Source: Acidimicrobiia bacterium (GTDB lineage: Bacteria > Actinomycetota > Acidimicrobiia > Spongiisociales > UBA5794). From it: a stretch of DNA of 64,000 bases. Position 1 is the stretch's first letter; each line of letters opens with the position of its first letter. The notes beneath the pieces were generated by a model, which was not told the DNA's origin, made no database searches, and worked only from the letters and a program-made list of their open reading frames with translations. Location of the stretch: assembly GCA_030431785.1 (NCBI GenBank), contig JAUIIM010000003.1, forward strand, positions 23,031 through 87,030, written 5' to 3'. Positions 56,384-64,000 of the stretch are shown here, one piece after another. The position numbers and the translations under genes are program-made.

Positions 56384-56749
56384 ATGACCTCTCAGACGAT
56401 GAACCGTCGCACACTGAGTGCATCGACGCTGACCGGCGACACTGTCCGCAACACCGAAGGTCAGGAGCTCGGCACCATCACCGAGACGATGATCGATGTC
56501 CCCTCGGGTCGTATCGCATACGCAGTCTTGGACATGGGCGGGTTCCTCGGAATCGGGAACAAACTGTTCGCCCTGCCATGGCAGGCACTGGATCTCGATG
56601 CCGAGAACCACGAGTTCGTGCTCGACGTTCCGAAGGAGAAGCTCGAATCCGCACCGGGATTCCCGAAGGACGAATGGCCGGACTTCTCCAACCCTGAGTG
56701 GAGTACCAGAATCCACGACTTCTACGGGATCGCACCACTTCAGGTCTGA
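56384..56749 (+). CDS. PRC-barrel domain protein
   Basis: GTITETMIDVPSGRIAYAVLDMGGFLGIGNKLFALPW. Confidence 0.85.
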   Translation: MTSQTMNRRTLSASTLTGDTVRNTEGQELGTITETMIDVPSGRIAYAVLDMGGFLGIGNKLFALPWQALDLDAENHEFVLDVPKEKLESAPGFPKDEWPDFSNPEWSTRIHDFYGIAPLQV

Positions 56750-56818
56750 CACCCATCAACCAGACGAGCAGCCCCGGCATCCTCTGCACCGCAGGCGGGC
56801 CGGGGTTGCTCGCGTCGT

Positions 56819-56844
56819 GTTTAGCGGTGCCCACATCGGGGTAG
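56819..56844 (+). promoter_or_regulatory. SigB/SigF-type promoter P4
   Basis: GTTTA-N15-GGGTAG, 32 nt upstream of ATG 56877. Confidence 0.55.
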
Positions 56845-56876
56845 GGGTCAAGCACAGCCCACGAAAGGAACCCAAC

Positions 56877-57383
56877 ATGGCAGGCGATGTCGTAGACCTG
56901 ATCCTCGCTGATCACCGCAAGTTCGAAGCCCTACTGCGCGACGTGCGCGATGTGGAGAAGGACCGCAAGGCAGCACTCGAGGAACTCTCCGCGCTCCTCG
57001 TGGCCCACGCCGAAGCCGAGGAAGCAGATGTGTATCCACGCCTTCGACGCAAGGACGCTATCGACGAACACGAAGCCGAGCACTCGAAGGAGGAGCACGC
57101 TGAGGGTCACGAAGCCCTCCTTGAAGTCCTAGAGGTCGACGATCTCGACAGCGAAGCGTTCGGCGAAGCGATCGAGAAGCTGACGAAGGAACTCGCCCAT
57201 CACATGGACGAGGAAGAGCGGACGGTACTCAACCCGGCCAAGACAGAGGTACCGGAAGATGTCCGACAGAGACTCGGGGTCGAGTTCATGCGCAACCGTC
57301 AGAAACACCTCGACAACGACTGTGGGTCGATCGAGAACGTACGCCGTCTCGTCGAAGAGGCCAAGCAGGACAACCTCATCTGA
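56877..57383 (+). CDS. Hemerythrin-domain protein
   Basis: DLILADHRKFEALL ... HAEAEEADVYP ... EHSKEEHAEGH ... HHMDEEE. Confidence 0.85.
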   Translation: MAGDVVDLILADHRKFEALLRDVRDVEKDRKAALEELSALLVAHAEAEEADVYPRLRRKDAIDEHEAEHSKEEHAEGHEALLEVLEVDDLDSEAFGEAIEKLTKELAHHMDEEERTVLNPAKTEVPEDVRQRLGVEFMRNRQKHLDNDCGSIENVRRLVEEAKQDNLI

Positions 57384-57427
57384 GCCCGGAGAGCGTCCAG
57401 TCCGCACGATTCGACCAAGGAGAACAC

Positions 57428-57628
57428 ATGGGAAAGAGAAAGAGAAGGAAGATGGCGAAGAAGGTTGAGGACTTCATCGTCGATCGCGAGATCGACCCCG
57501 ACGACGTCGTGATGGCGGGCCTCGGAACGTTGGCGAAGGCGACGACGAAGGGCAAGAAACATTTCAAGAAGGCCGTCAACGCGGGCGCAAGGTCGCAGGG
57601 ATCGCACGCGAGAGCACCGCTGAGATGA
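57428..57628 (+). CDS. Small highly basic hypothetical protein
   Basis: AAGGAGA RBS. MGKRKRRKMAKK... Confidence 0.45.
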   Translation: MGKRKRRKMAKKVEDFIVDREIDPDDVVMAGLGTLAKATTKGKKHFKKAVNAGARSQGSHARAPLR

Positions 57629-57969
57629 TGACCGCTCTCACCGCCGACGATCCCGATGAGATCACCCCCAAGAACCCGGTCATCGCCTATCGCCCGACCG
57701 CCGGAGGCTGGTACGACATCGAGATCGAGGGCACGGTCGTCGAGACCATCCAGGGGGAAGAGGGCGCTGCGAAACGTGCCGGCGACCTCCTCGCTGCATT
57801 CGCTGCACTCGAACCCGAGGAGCAGGAACGCATGCACACGGGGATCGTCGACCACGGCGGGGGTTGGTACCTCGTCTCGATCGCCGGAGTCCCGGTGGAT
57901 CGCGTCAGGGGCAAGGAGACAGCAGAGGAGCGCTTCGCCGAGGTCTGTGCAGGACGACAGGCTGCGTAG
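57625..57969 (+). CDS. Hypothetical protein with an internal GGWY-beta repeat
   Basis: ATGA overlap with the previous ORF. GGWYDIEIEGTVVETIQGEEGAAKRA and GGWYLVSIAGVPVDRVRGKETAEERF. Confidence 0.55.
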   Translation: MMTALTADDPDEITPKNPVIAYRPTAGGWYDIEIEGTVVETIQGEEGAAKRAGDLLAAFAALEPEEQERMHTGIVDHGGGWYLVSIAGVPVDRVRGKETAEERFAEVCAGRQAA

Positions 57970-58056
57970 CCCAACCGACAAGGCGCATCCCCTTGGATAC
58001 GATGGGGATGCGCCTTTGACGCGTGATCAGCACCATCGAGAGACAGGAACCCCGCC

Positions 58057-59730
58057 GTGAACGCAGAGCTGAACAGCCTCGCCGATGAGTATTGGGAGTA
58101 CCACCTTCGCACCCACCCCTCCACCGCACACATGCAGGGGGACTACCGGTTCATCGACCAGGTCGAGGACGGCTCACGCGAGGCTGAAGATGCCGACATC
58201 GCCGCGAGACGAGCGTTCGCCGCGAGAGCTCGTGCGATAGACCCATCCAAGTTGGATGCCGCGGGAAAGATCACCCGAGAGACGTTGATATTCGAGACCG
58301 AGAGCCCTGCGGATGTAAACGAGATGCGGCAGGCAGAGTTCGGTATCGACCCCATCTTCGGTCTGCAGGCAGTGTTCCAGGTCGCGATCCCGCAGATGAC
58401 CGTCGAGACGACCGAACACGCCGAGATGATGCTCGACAAGTATCGAGGCATCGCCACCATGATTGACCAATCGTCACAACGCCTGCGCGAGGGCTTGGCG
58501 TCGGGAAGGGTCAACGCAGAGTTCGCCGTTTCGAAGACGATCGAACAGATCGATGCGATCCTCGACACTCCCGCAGACCAGTCCGTGTTCGTACATGCAC
58601 AGACTCCGGAATCGTTCTCCGAGGACGAGAAGGCAGCATGGCAGGACAAGGCTGCAGCGGTCGTCTCGGAGTCGATCTTCCCGGCCTTCGAGCGGTACCG
58701 GGATCTCCTGCGTGACGAGATCGCCCCCGTGGCGCGATCGAACGACGAAGCGGGCCTCAAATACCTACCCGATGGCGACCTCGTCTACACGCGGCTCCTC
58801 CAGCGCTACACGACGCTCCCGATGCAAGCAGAGGAGATCCACCAGATCGGTCTGGCCCAGATCGCCAGGCTCGATGACGAGTATCGCGAGATCGCTGGTC
58901 CGATCCTGGGCACGACGGACCTTGCTGAGATCTACAAGGCATTGCGGGAGGACCCGGACCTTCACCACACGACAGGCGAAGGAGTCGTCAAGCAGTCCGA
59001 GGACGCGTTCGCCGCTGCACGCGCGGCGATGGGCGACTGGTTCGGGATCCTGCCGAAGTCCGACTGCTACGTGCAGGAAACCAAGCACGGTGCCGTGGCG
59101 TTCTACTACCCGCCAGCCGAGGACGGTTCCCGCGAAGGCACCTTCTTCATGAACACGGCGGATCCCACGTCGTGGGGCACGTACGAGGTCCAGGCGACCG
59201 CGTTCCATGAAGGGATCCCTGGACACCATCTCCAGCTCGCCATCGCGATGGAGCTCGGAGACAAGGTTCCGTCGTTCCAGCGGCATGCATTGATCTCTGC
59301 ATATGCAGAGGGTTGGGGGCTCTACACGGAGCGGCTCGCCGACGAGATGGGCTTGTACTCGTCGGAACTCGATCGCGTCGGGATGCTCAGCGCAGATTCG
59401 ATGCGGGCTTGTCGTCTCGTCGTCGACACCGGGATGCATGCGCTCGGATGGAGTCGCGACAAGGGGATCGAGTACATGCTGTCGAACTCACCGATGGCTC
59501 GTCATGCCGTCGAGGAGGAGATCGACCGGTATCTGTCGTTCCCAGGCCAAGCGGTCAGCTACATGATCGGCCGCATCGAGATCCAGCGGATGCGAGCGGA
59601 GGCAGAGGCACGCCTCGGACCGCTGTTCGACATCAAGGGTTTCCACGACACGGTGCTCGGCTCCGGTCTGGTGACGCTTCCCACCCTCGACCGGATGGTC
59701 TCGGAGTGGGTGGAAGCGACGATGCCGTAG
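58057..59730 (+). CDS. DUF885 family protein (metallopeptidase-like HExxH-type site)
   Basis: 557 aa, GTG start. AFHEGIPGHHLQ. Confidence 0.85.
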   Translation: MNAELNSLADEYWEYHLRTHPSTAHMQGDYRFIDQVEDGSREAEDADIAARRAFAARARAIDPSKLDAAGKITRETLIFETESPADVNEMRQAEFGIDPIFGLQAVFQVAIPQMTVETTEHAEMMLDKYRGIATMIDQSSQRLREGLASGRVNAEFAVSKTIEQIDAILDTPADQSVFVHAQTPESFSEDEKAAWQDKAAAVVSESIFPAFERYRDLLRDEIAPVARSNDEAGLKYLPDGDLVYTRLLQRYTTLPMQAEEIHQIGLAQIARLDDEYREIAGPILGTTDLAEIYKALREDPDLHHTTGEGVVKQSEDAFAAARAAMGDWFGILPKSDCYVQETKHGAVAFYYPPAEDGSREGTFFMNTADPTSWGTYEVQATAFHEGIPGHHLQLAIAMELGDKVPSFQRHALISAYAEGWGLYTERLADEMGLYSSELDRVGMLSADSMRACRLVVDTGMHALGWSRDKGIEYMLSNSPMARHAVEEEIDRYLSFPGQAVSYMIGRIEIQRMRAEAEARLGPLFDIKGFHDTVLGSGLVTLPTLDRMVSEWVEATMP

Positions 59731-59731
59731 G

Positions 59732-59774
59732 CCGAGCCGAAGGCTCGGGATCTCAACCCGAGCCTTCGGCTCGG
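59732..59774. terminator. Perfect 18-bp stem hairpin after the DUF885 gene
   Basis: CCGAGCCGAAGGCTCGGG-ATCTCAA-CCCGAGCCTTCGGCTCGG. Confidence 0.7.
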
Positions 59775-59844
59775 AGATCTCAGATTTCAGATCTCAGATT
59801 CCGGCAAGATGCCACGACGCAAGGGCCAGGAGCCAGGGAGCCAG
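59774..59844. repeat. Heptamer repeats, same families as 1320-1538
   Basis: GAGATCT CAGATTT CAGATCT CAGATTC (59774-59801), then GGGCCAG GAGCCAG GGAGCCAG (59823-59844), the reverse complement of the GCTCCTG family. Confidence 0.75.
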
Positions 59845-59957
59845 GTGGACCCCTGCGTCGGTGTGGGTCGACTTCGTGGTCGCGAGCTCCTGCGCCCCCC
59901 TAGCAATAGCGGACGGTGGGAATGAGTCGTGGAAGCCGCACGGATCTTGAACGCGAT

Positions 59958-59997
59958 GCGAGCCTTGAGCCGGGTGGACCCGTGCATCAAGGCTCGC
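59958..59997 (-). terminator. Hairpin immediately 3' of tRNA-Ser
   Basis: GCGAGCCTTGA-N18-TCAAGGCTCGC, 11-bp stem. Confidence 0.5.
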
Positions 59998-60002
59998 TGT
60001 AG

Positions 60003-60092
60003 CGGAGAGGGAGGGATTTGAACCCTCGAGGAGGTTCAACACCCCCTACTCGCTTAGCAGGCGAGCGCCTTCGGCCACTCGGCCACCTCTCC
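60003..60092 (-). tRNA. tRNA-Ser (anticodon GCU)
   Basis: Minus strand GGAGAGGTGGCCGAGTGGCCGAAGGCGCTCGCCTGCTAAGCGAG...GGTTCAAATCCCTCCCTCTCCG with long variable arm. CCA not encoded. Confidence 0.95.
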
Positions 60093-60132
60093 GGGACTCG
60101 GTGAGGATATCAGGCGCTCCCGCCAGTCACGC

Positions 60133-60558
60133 TCAGGATGCGGACGCTGCGATTGCCTCTCGCTTGTGTCCTTCGATCGTGATCTTCTGCGGCTTGGCTT
60201 CTTCCTTTACCGGGATCGTGATCGTGAGGGTGCCCTCGTTGTAGTCGGCGGCGATGCTGCCGACGTCCAGACTGTCCCCGAGCCGAACCTGTCGGCTGTG
60301 CACACCTGTAGCACGCTCGCGCAGCATCCAGTTCGCACCGACCGTGTCCTCCATCGAACGCTCCGCTTTCACCGACAGGACGCGGTCCTCGACGGTTACG
60401 TCGATCTTGTCGCGTTCGACGCCCGGCACGTCGAAGCGAAGAACGTACTCGCCATCCTTCTCGTACGCATCGAGCGGCATGACTCCCCCGCGCCAACGGT
60501 TGCCGACGGTGGCGAGCATGCGATCCATCTCTTCGAACGGGTCTACGAATCGGGCCAT
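60133..60558 (-). CDS. Hsp20/alpha-crystallin small heat-shock protein
   Basis: Start at MARFVDPFEEMDRM, preceded by GGAAGGAG. The upstream ATG at 60573 overlaps the RBS. Alpha-crystallin core GTLTITIP. Confidence 0.9.
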   Translation of the reverse strand: MARFVDPFEEMDRMLATVGNRWRGGVMPLDAYEKDGEYVLRFDVPGVERDKIDVTVEDRVLSVKAERSMEDTVGANWMLRERATGVHSRQVRLGDSLDVGSIAADYNEGTLTITIPVKEEAKPQKITIEGHKREAIAASAS

Positions 60559-60578
60559 ATCAGCTCCTTCCATCGACG

Positions 60579-60620
60579 GGGCACCACGTTGTAGGTGCCC
60601 ACATTCCGTGTCAAATTATA
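60579..60620 (-). promoter_or_regulatory. Extended -10 promoter (TGcTATAAT) plus leader hairpin for hsp20
   Basis: Minus strand TGCTATAAT (TATAAT = 60615-60620) in an unusually AT-rich stretch. GGGCACC-N8-GGTGCCC at 60579-60600. Confidence 0.45.
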
Positions 60621-60666
60621 GCAGGCACAACAGATAACTTGATACGACATGGCTCAGATATGGGCC

Positions 60667-62349
60667 CTATTCGCCCGGGACCTGCCAGATCTCGACGTTC
60701 CAGGTGTTCTGCGAGGAGGTTCCGTTCGGGATGACCCCGTCGACCCGGTTGCTGGCCGTCACGACGTGGATCGTGCGATGGAAGAGGGGGATGAGCGGGA
60801 GCTGATCGGCGAGTATCTCCTCTGCTTCTTCTATGAGATCCCAGAACTCCGCCGGGTCGACGACGGAACGGGCGAGGTCGGCGATCTCCGAGAACCGCTC
60901 CGACGCCTCGTTGGCTGTCGGTCCATCGACCCCCCACGAAGAGAAGGATCCGGGTTCCCCGGTGGGAGAGAAGTAGTCGAGCATCCCGAGCACGGATCCG
61001 TAGCTCCCGTCGTTGATCCACGCCCACATGCCGATGTCGAACACGCCGTCCGGGAGGGCAGTCTGATAGAAGAGGACGCTGTCCTGGAGGTCTTCACTCG
61101 CATCGATATCGAGAGCGTCCCAGGCGTCGGTCAACTCGGCAGCGATCGCCGGACGCTCGGATGCATTAGCAGTCGACGCAAGGACCGCAGCAGGCGTCTC
61201 TTCGAGTGTCGACAGCAGTTGCCGGGCAAGTGACTCATTGAGCGGGTAACGGTCCCAGGCCGATGCGCCGACGGGGATGAGGACACCGGGCATCGCCGGG
61301 TCCCACGGAACACCGGATGCCTCGAGGATCGCCACGCGGTCGATCGAATGAGCGATGGCCCGGCGATAGTCGGGCACGTCGTTGTTCGATGTCTCGTTCA
61401 CGACAGAGCGCCCTTCACTGAACCCGAACGTCAAGTGTTCGAGGATGGGTGTCGGTACGGCTTCGACGACCAGCTGCGTACCCGACGTCACGAGGAATGA
61501 CGGGTCGCCGATCTCGCTGACATCGACCGCCGAGGCCGAGATCGCCTCGGCCGGATCGCCGATCGGGATGAACTCGAGTGCGTCGATGTAGGGGAGCCTG
61601 TTCCCGGCTGCATCGGTCTTCCAGTAGAAGTCGTTCCGTTCGAACCGAAGCGGATCGTTCGGGTCGGCCTGGAACGGGCCACCGGACGGCCAGCCCGCTA
61701 CGTCGCCGGCCGGGTCAGCGTCACCGATGGCGTGGCTCGGGAGAATGAATCGCAGTGCGTCCTCGAACGCGAGGGATGGTTCGGCGAAAGTGATCCAGGC
61801 AACCTTCTCCAACGAGTCCGTCTCCGACACCGATGCCATCACGTCGGGCACGACCGGGTTGCCCGCCAACGCTTCATCGCGCATGGCCTCGGCGGTGAAC
61901 GCCAGATCTGCGCCCGAGATCGGGATGCCGTCGCTCCAGCGAGCATCAGGATGCACTTGGTACTGCACCGTGATGCTGCCGTCATCGTTGACTTCGATAG
62001 CACCGGCCGTCTGCGTCGGAAGACCGATGACGGAGTCGGGGACCTTCTCGAACGTCATCGGGTCGATGTCGTAGACCATGGCCCACACGGCGTTGCCGAT
62101 GGCGATCCCGCCTGAACCCTCGGCTGAAGGATCGAGTGGGTTGAGCACCGATGGCACCTCGGCCTGGAGTCCGACTCGCACGGTGCCGCCATACCCGTCA
62201 GGGGGCGCTGTGGTCGTGGTCGCCGCGGCGACGGTCGTGGTCGTGTCCCGATCCGTGCCCTCGACGGAGGTCGTCGCACCGCCGTCATCCGGCGTACACG
62301 CTGCGACCAACAATGCAACGGCGAGAAGTGTGGGCGCGAATCGATTCAT
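60667..62349 (-). CDS. ABC transporter substrate-binding lipoprotein, family 5 (peptide/nickel type)
   Basis: Start at MNRFAPTLLAVALLVAAC. About 560 aa, typical family-5 length. Confidence 0.85.
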   Translation of the reverse strand: MNRFAPTLLAVALLVAACTPDDGGATTSVEGTDRDTTTTVAAATTTTAPPDGYGGTVRVGLQAEVPSVLNPLDPSAEGSGGIAIGNAVWAMVYDIDPMTFEKVPDSVIGLPTQTAGAIEVNDDGSITVQYQVHPDARWSDGIPISGADLAFTAEAMRDEALAGNPVVPDVMASVSETDSLEKVAWITFAEPSLAFEDALRFILPSHAIGDADPAGDVAGWPSGGPFQADPNDPLRFERNDFYWKTDAAGNRLPYIDALEFIPIGDPAEAISASAVDVSEIGDPSFLVTSGTQLVVEAVPTPILEHLTFGFSEGRSVVNETSNNDVPDYRRAIAHSIDRVAILEASGVPWDPAMPGVLIPVGASAWDRYPLNESLARQLLSTLEETPAAVLASTANASERPAIAAELTDAWDALDIDASEDLQDSVLFYQTALPDGVFDIGMWAWINDGSYGSVLGMLDYFSPTGEPGSFSSWGVDGPTANEASERFSEIADLARSVVDPAEFWDLIEEAEEILADQLPLIPLFHRTIHVVTASNRVDGVIPNGTSSQNTWNVEIWQVPGE

Positions 62350-62431
62350 CCCGACGACGATAGTTCGCGGTGGTGCCCACAACCCTCCGATTCGAGCTGC
62401 GCACCTATTCGTTCGGTCGTAGGCTCGTTCC

Positions 62432-63877
62432 ATGAACAAATCTGCATCGACTGACGGCTTCGCCGCGGCACTCTCACAAGCGGGACAACGTATCGACTCG
62501 ATCATCGGAGAGGAGCCGATCGACGCCTACTCCCAGCACGCCGAGTGGTCCGACCTCGCCGAGCCCCTGCCGACGACCGGGGTCGGTATCGAGGCGACGC
62601 TCAAGGAACTCCACGAGCGGGTCGCTCCGTACGGAACCAACCAGTCCGACCCCGGATTCCTCGGATGGATCACGAGCGGACCGACGGTGGCACCTGTCAT
62701 CGCTGCAACCACAGCGTCGGTCCTCTCACCCCAGAAGTATGGGCTCACGGCGTTCAACTTCCTCGAGGAACTATCGCTCGAATGGCTCGCTGAGCTCTGC
62801 TCGCTGGACTCCGGGATGAAGGGGGTCTACTCGACCGGCGGCTCGGTCGCCAACCTCGTAGCCCTCGGAGCGGCACGACAGTTCGCCTTCACGAACGCTG
62901 GCCTCGATCCATCGGCTGTCGGTGTCGACGGAAGACCCGTCGCGGTCTACACATCGACGGAGGCTCACCACACCATCGCTCGCTCCGCGGCCGTCCTCGG
63001 TCTCGGTCGACGGTCGATCCGATCCGTTGCGATCGACGAACGGCAACGCATGATCCCTGCGGCGTTGGAGGACATGATCGCCAAAGACATCGCATCCGGA
63101 GTGCTCCCCATCGCGATCGCTGCTGCTGCCGGCACCACCAACACGGGAGCGATCGATCCGCTGCGCGAGATCGGAACGATCGCATCGAAGCACGGGATCT
63201 GGTTCCACGTCGATGGTGCGTACGGTCTCGTCGGTTCACTCGATGAACGCGTGACCGACCGCTACGACGGGCTCAAGCTGGCGGACTCCGCCATCGTCGA
63301 TCCACACAAGTGGCTCGGCGCACCGGTGGGGGTGGCCGCGACCTTCGTGCGGGACCGCGCCCTGCTGTTCGATACGTTCACCCAGGAACCCGCCGACTAT
63401 CTCGAGGGATCGCTTGCTGCCGATGGGACGGCGCAGTCCACCTTCGAGGCGATGGGCACCCCATACTCAGAGTTCGGTGTGGAACTGTCTTCCCCGCCCC
63501 GTGGTGTCCAGGTTTGGGCGATCCTGAAAGAGCTCGGTATCGAAGGCGTCCGCCATCGTGTGAAGACCGACAACGACTTCGCACGGCGAGCGACCAGGTT
63601 CGCAGCCGAGCACCCGAAGTTGGAGCCGCTGACTGAACCTGAGCTTTCGATTGCCACCTTTCGCTACCTCGCACCGGGCATCGACGATTTGGATGCCTTC
63701 AACCACGAGCTCATGCTGCGAGCCAGACGGACGAGTAGATACACCGTCAGTTCGACGGTCGTCAACGGAGTGTTCGGTATTCGCCCCTGCTTCATCAACG
63801 TGCGGACGAAGACAGAGCATGTCGACGAGTTCATGAACCACCTCGTGGCCACCGGCGATGAGATGTTGGAAGCATGA
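62432..63877 (+). CDS. Group II pyridoxal-dependent decarboxylase
   Basis: 481 aa. HVDGAYG and SAIVDPHKWLGAPVG (PLP Lys). Confidence 0.85.
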   Translation: MNKSASTDGFAAALSQAGQRIDSIIGEEPIDAYSQHAEWSDLAEPLPTTGVGIEATLKELHERVAPYGTNQSDPGFLGWITSGPTVAPVIAATTASVLSPQKYGLTAFNFLEELSLEWLAELCSLDSGMKGVYSTGGSVANLVALGAARQFAFTNAGLDPSAVGVDGRPVAVYTSTEAHHTIARSAAVLGLGRRSIRSVAIDERQRMIPAALEDMIAKDIASGVLPIAIAAAAGTTNTGAIDPLREIGTIASKHGIWFHVDGAYGLVGSLDERVTDRYDGLKLADSAIVDPHKWLGAPVGVAATFVRDRALLFDTFTQEPADYLEGSLAADGTAQSTFEAMGTPYSEFGVELSSPPRGVQVWAILKELGIEGVRHRVKTDNDFARRATRFAAEHPKLEPLTEPELSIATFRYLAPGIDDLDAFNHELMLRARRTSRYTVSSTVVNGVFGIRPCFINVRTKTEHVDEFMNHLVATGDEMLEA

Positions 63878-63921
63878 CACCTTCGCAGCGACCCTGATGC
63901 AGGGGGCGTAGTCTCCGGGGG

Positions 63922-64000
63922 ATGACGACACCACCAGCCAACCGCGGCCGTTTGCTGTCGACGACGAGCGGCACGAATCTGGATGCGTTCGGATGGTCCG
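63922..64000 (+). CDS. 5' end of an ORF running off the window
   Basis: ATG 63922, MTTPPANRGRLLSTTSGTNLDAFGWS. No identification possible. Confidence 0.3.
   Translation, partial: MTTPPANRGRLLSTTSGTNLDAFGWS

Noticed and set aside
59794-60042. ORFs 59787..59990 and 59794..60042 (-) next to tRNA-Ser.
   Set aside because: They overlap the tRNA, its terminator hairpin and the heptamer repeats. No motifs.

Overview
High-GC, actinobacterial-type chromosomal segment (GC judged by eye, not computed) with about 60 supportable protein genes and 2 tRNAs. Genes were called by reading the ORF translations for family motifs; no database search was possible.

Main blocks, in order:
- An ECF sigma factor fused in one ORF to a zinc-finger anti-sigma/TM extension (runs off the left edge).
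- An arginine deiminase pathway cluster (arcA / arcC-arcB).
- A Zur-type zinc uptake locus (znuAB divergent from zur-znuC).
- Assorted housekeeping and stress genes.
- A polytopic sensor kinase directly downstream of an alpha-oxoamine-synthase-family PLP enzyme, with an ABC-2 exporter upstream.
- A ~3.6 kb island integrated at tRNA-Arg(ACG). It has a ~50 bp direct repeat, a decayed integrase and a coupled three-gene cassette of unknown function.
- A six-gene two-component plus MacAB-like efflux operon.
- A maltodextrin operon (malEFG, GH13, GH57, lacI-type regulator, malQ) with tandem palindromic operators.
- tatB-tatC-eda-tatA.
- A SigB/SigF-type sigma factor locus with four near-identical GTTT-N14/15-GGGTA promoters in front of small stress genes.
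- DUF885, tRNA-Ser, hsp20, a family-5 solute-binding protein and a group II PLP decarboxylase.

Most interesting candidates:
1. The tRNA-Arg island cassette.
2. The AOS-enzyme/polytopic-kinase pair, which has a CqsA/CqsS-like architecture.
3. The SigB/F-like mini-regulon.
4. A family of intergenic arrays built from 7-nt tandem units, recurring at four loci.

Many long ORFs in the six-frame track are antisense or out-of-frame shadows of real genes and were rejected.
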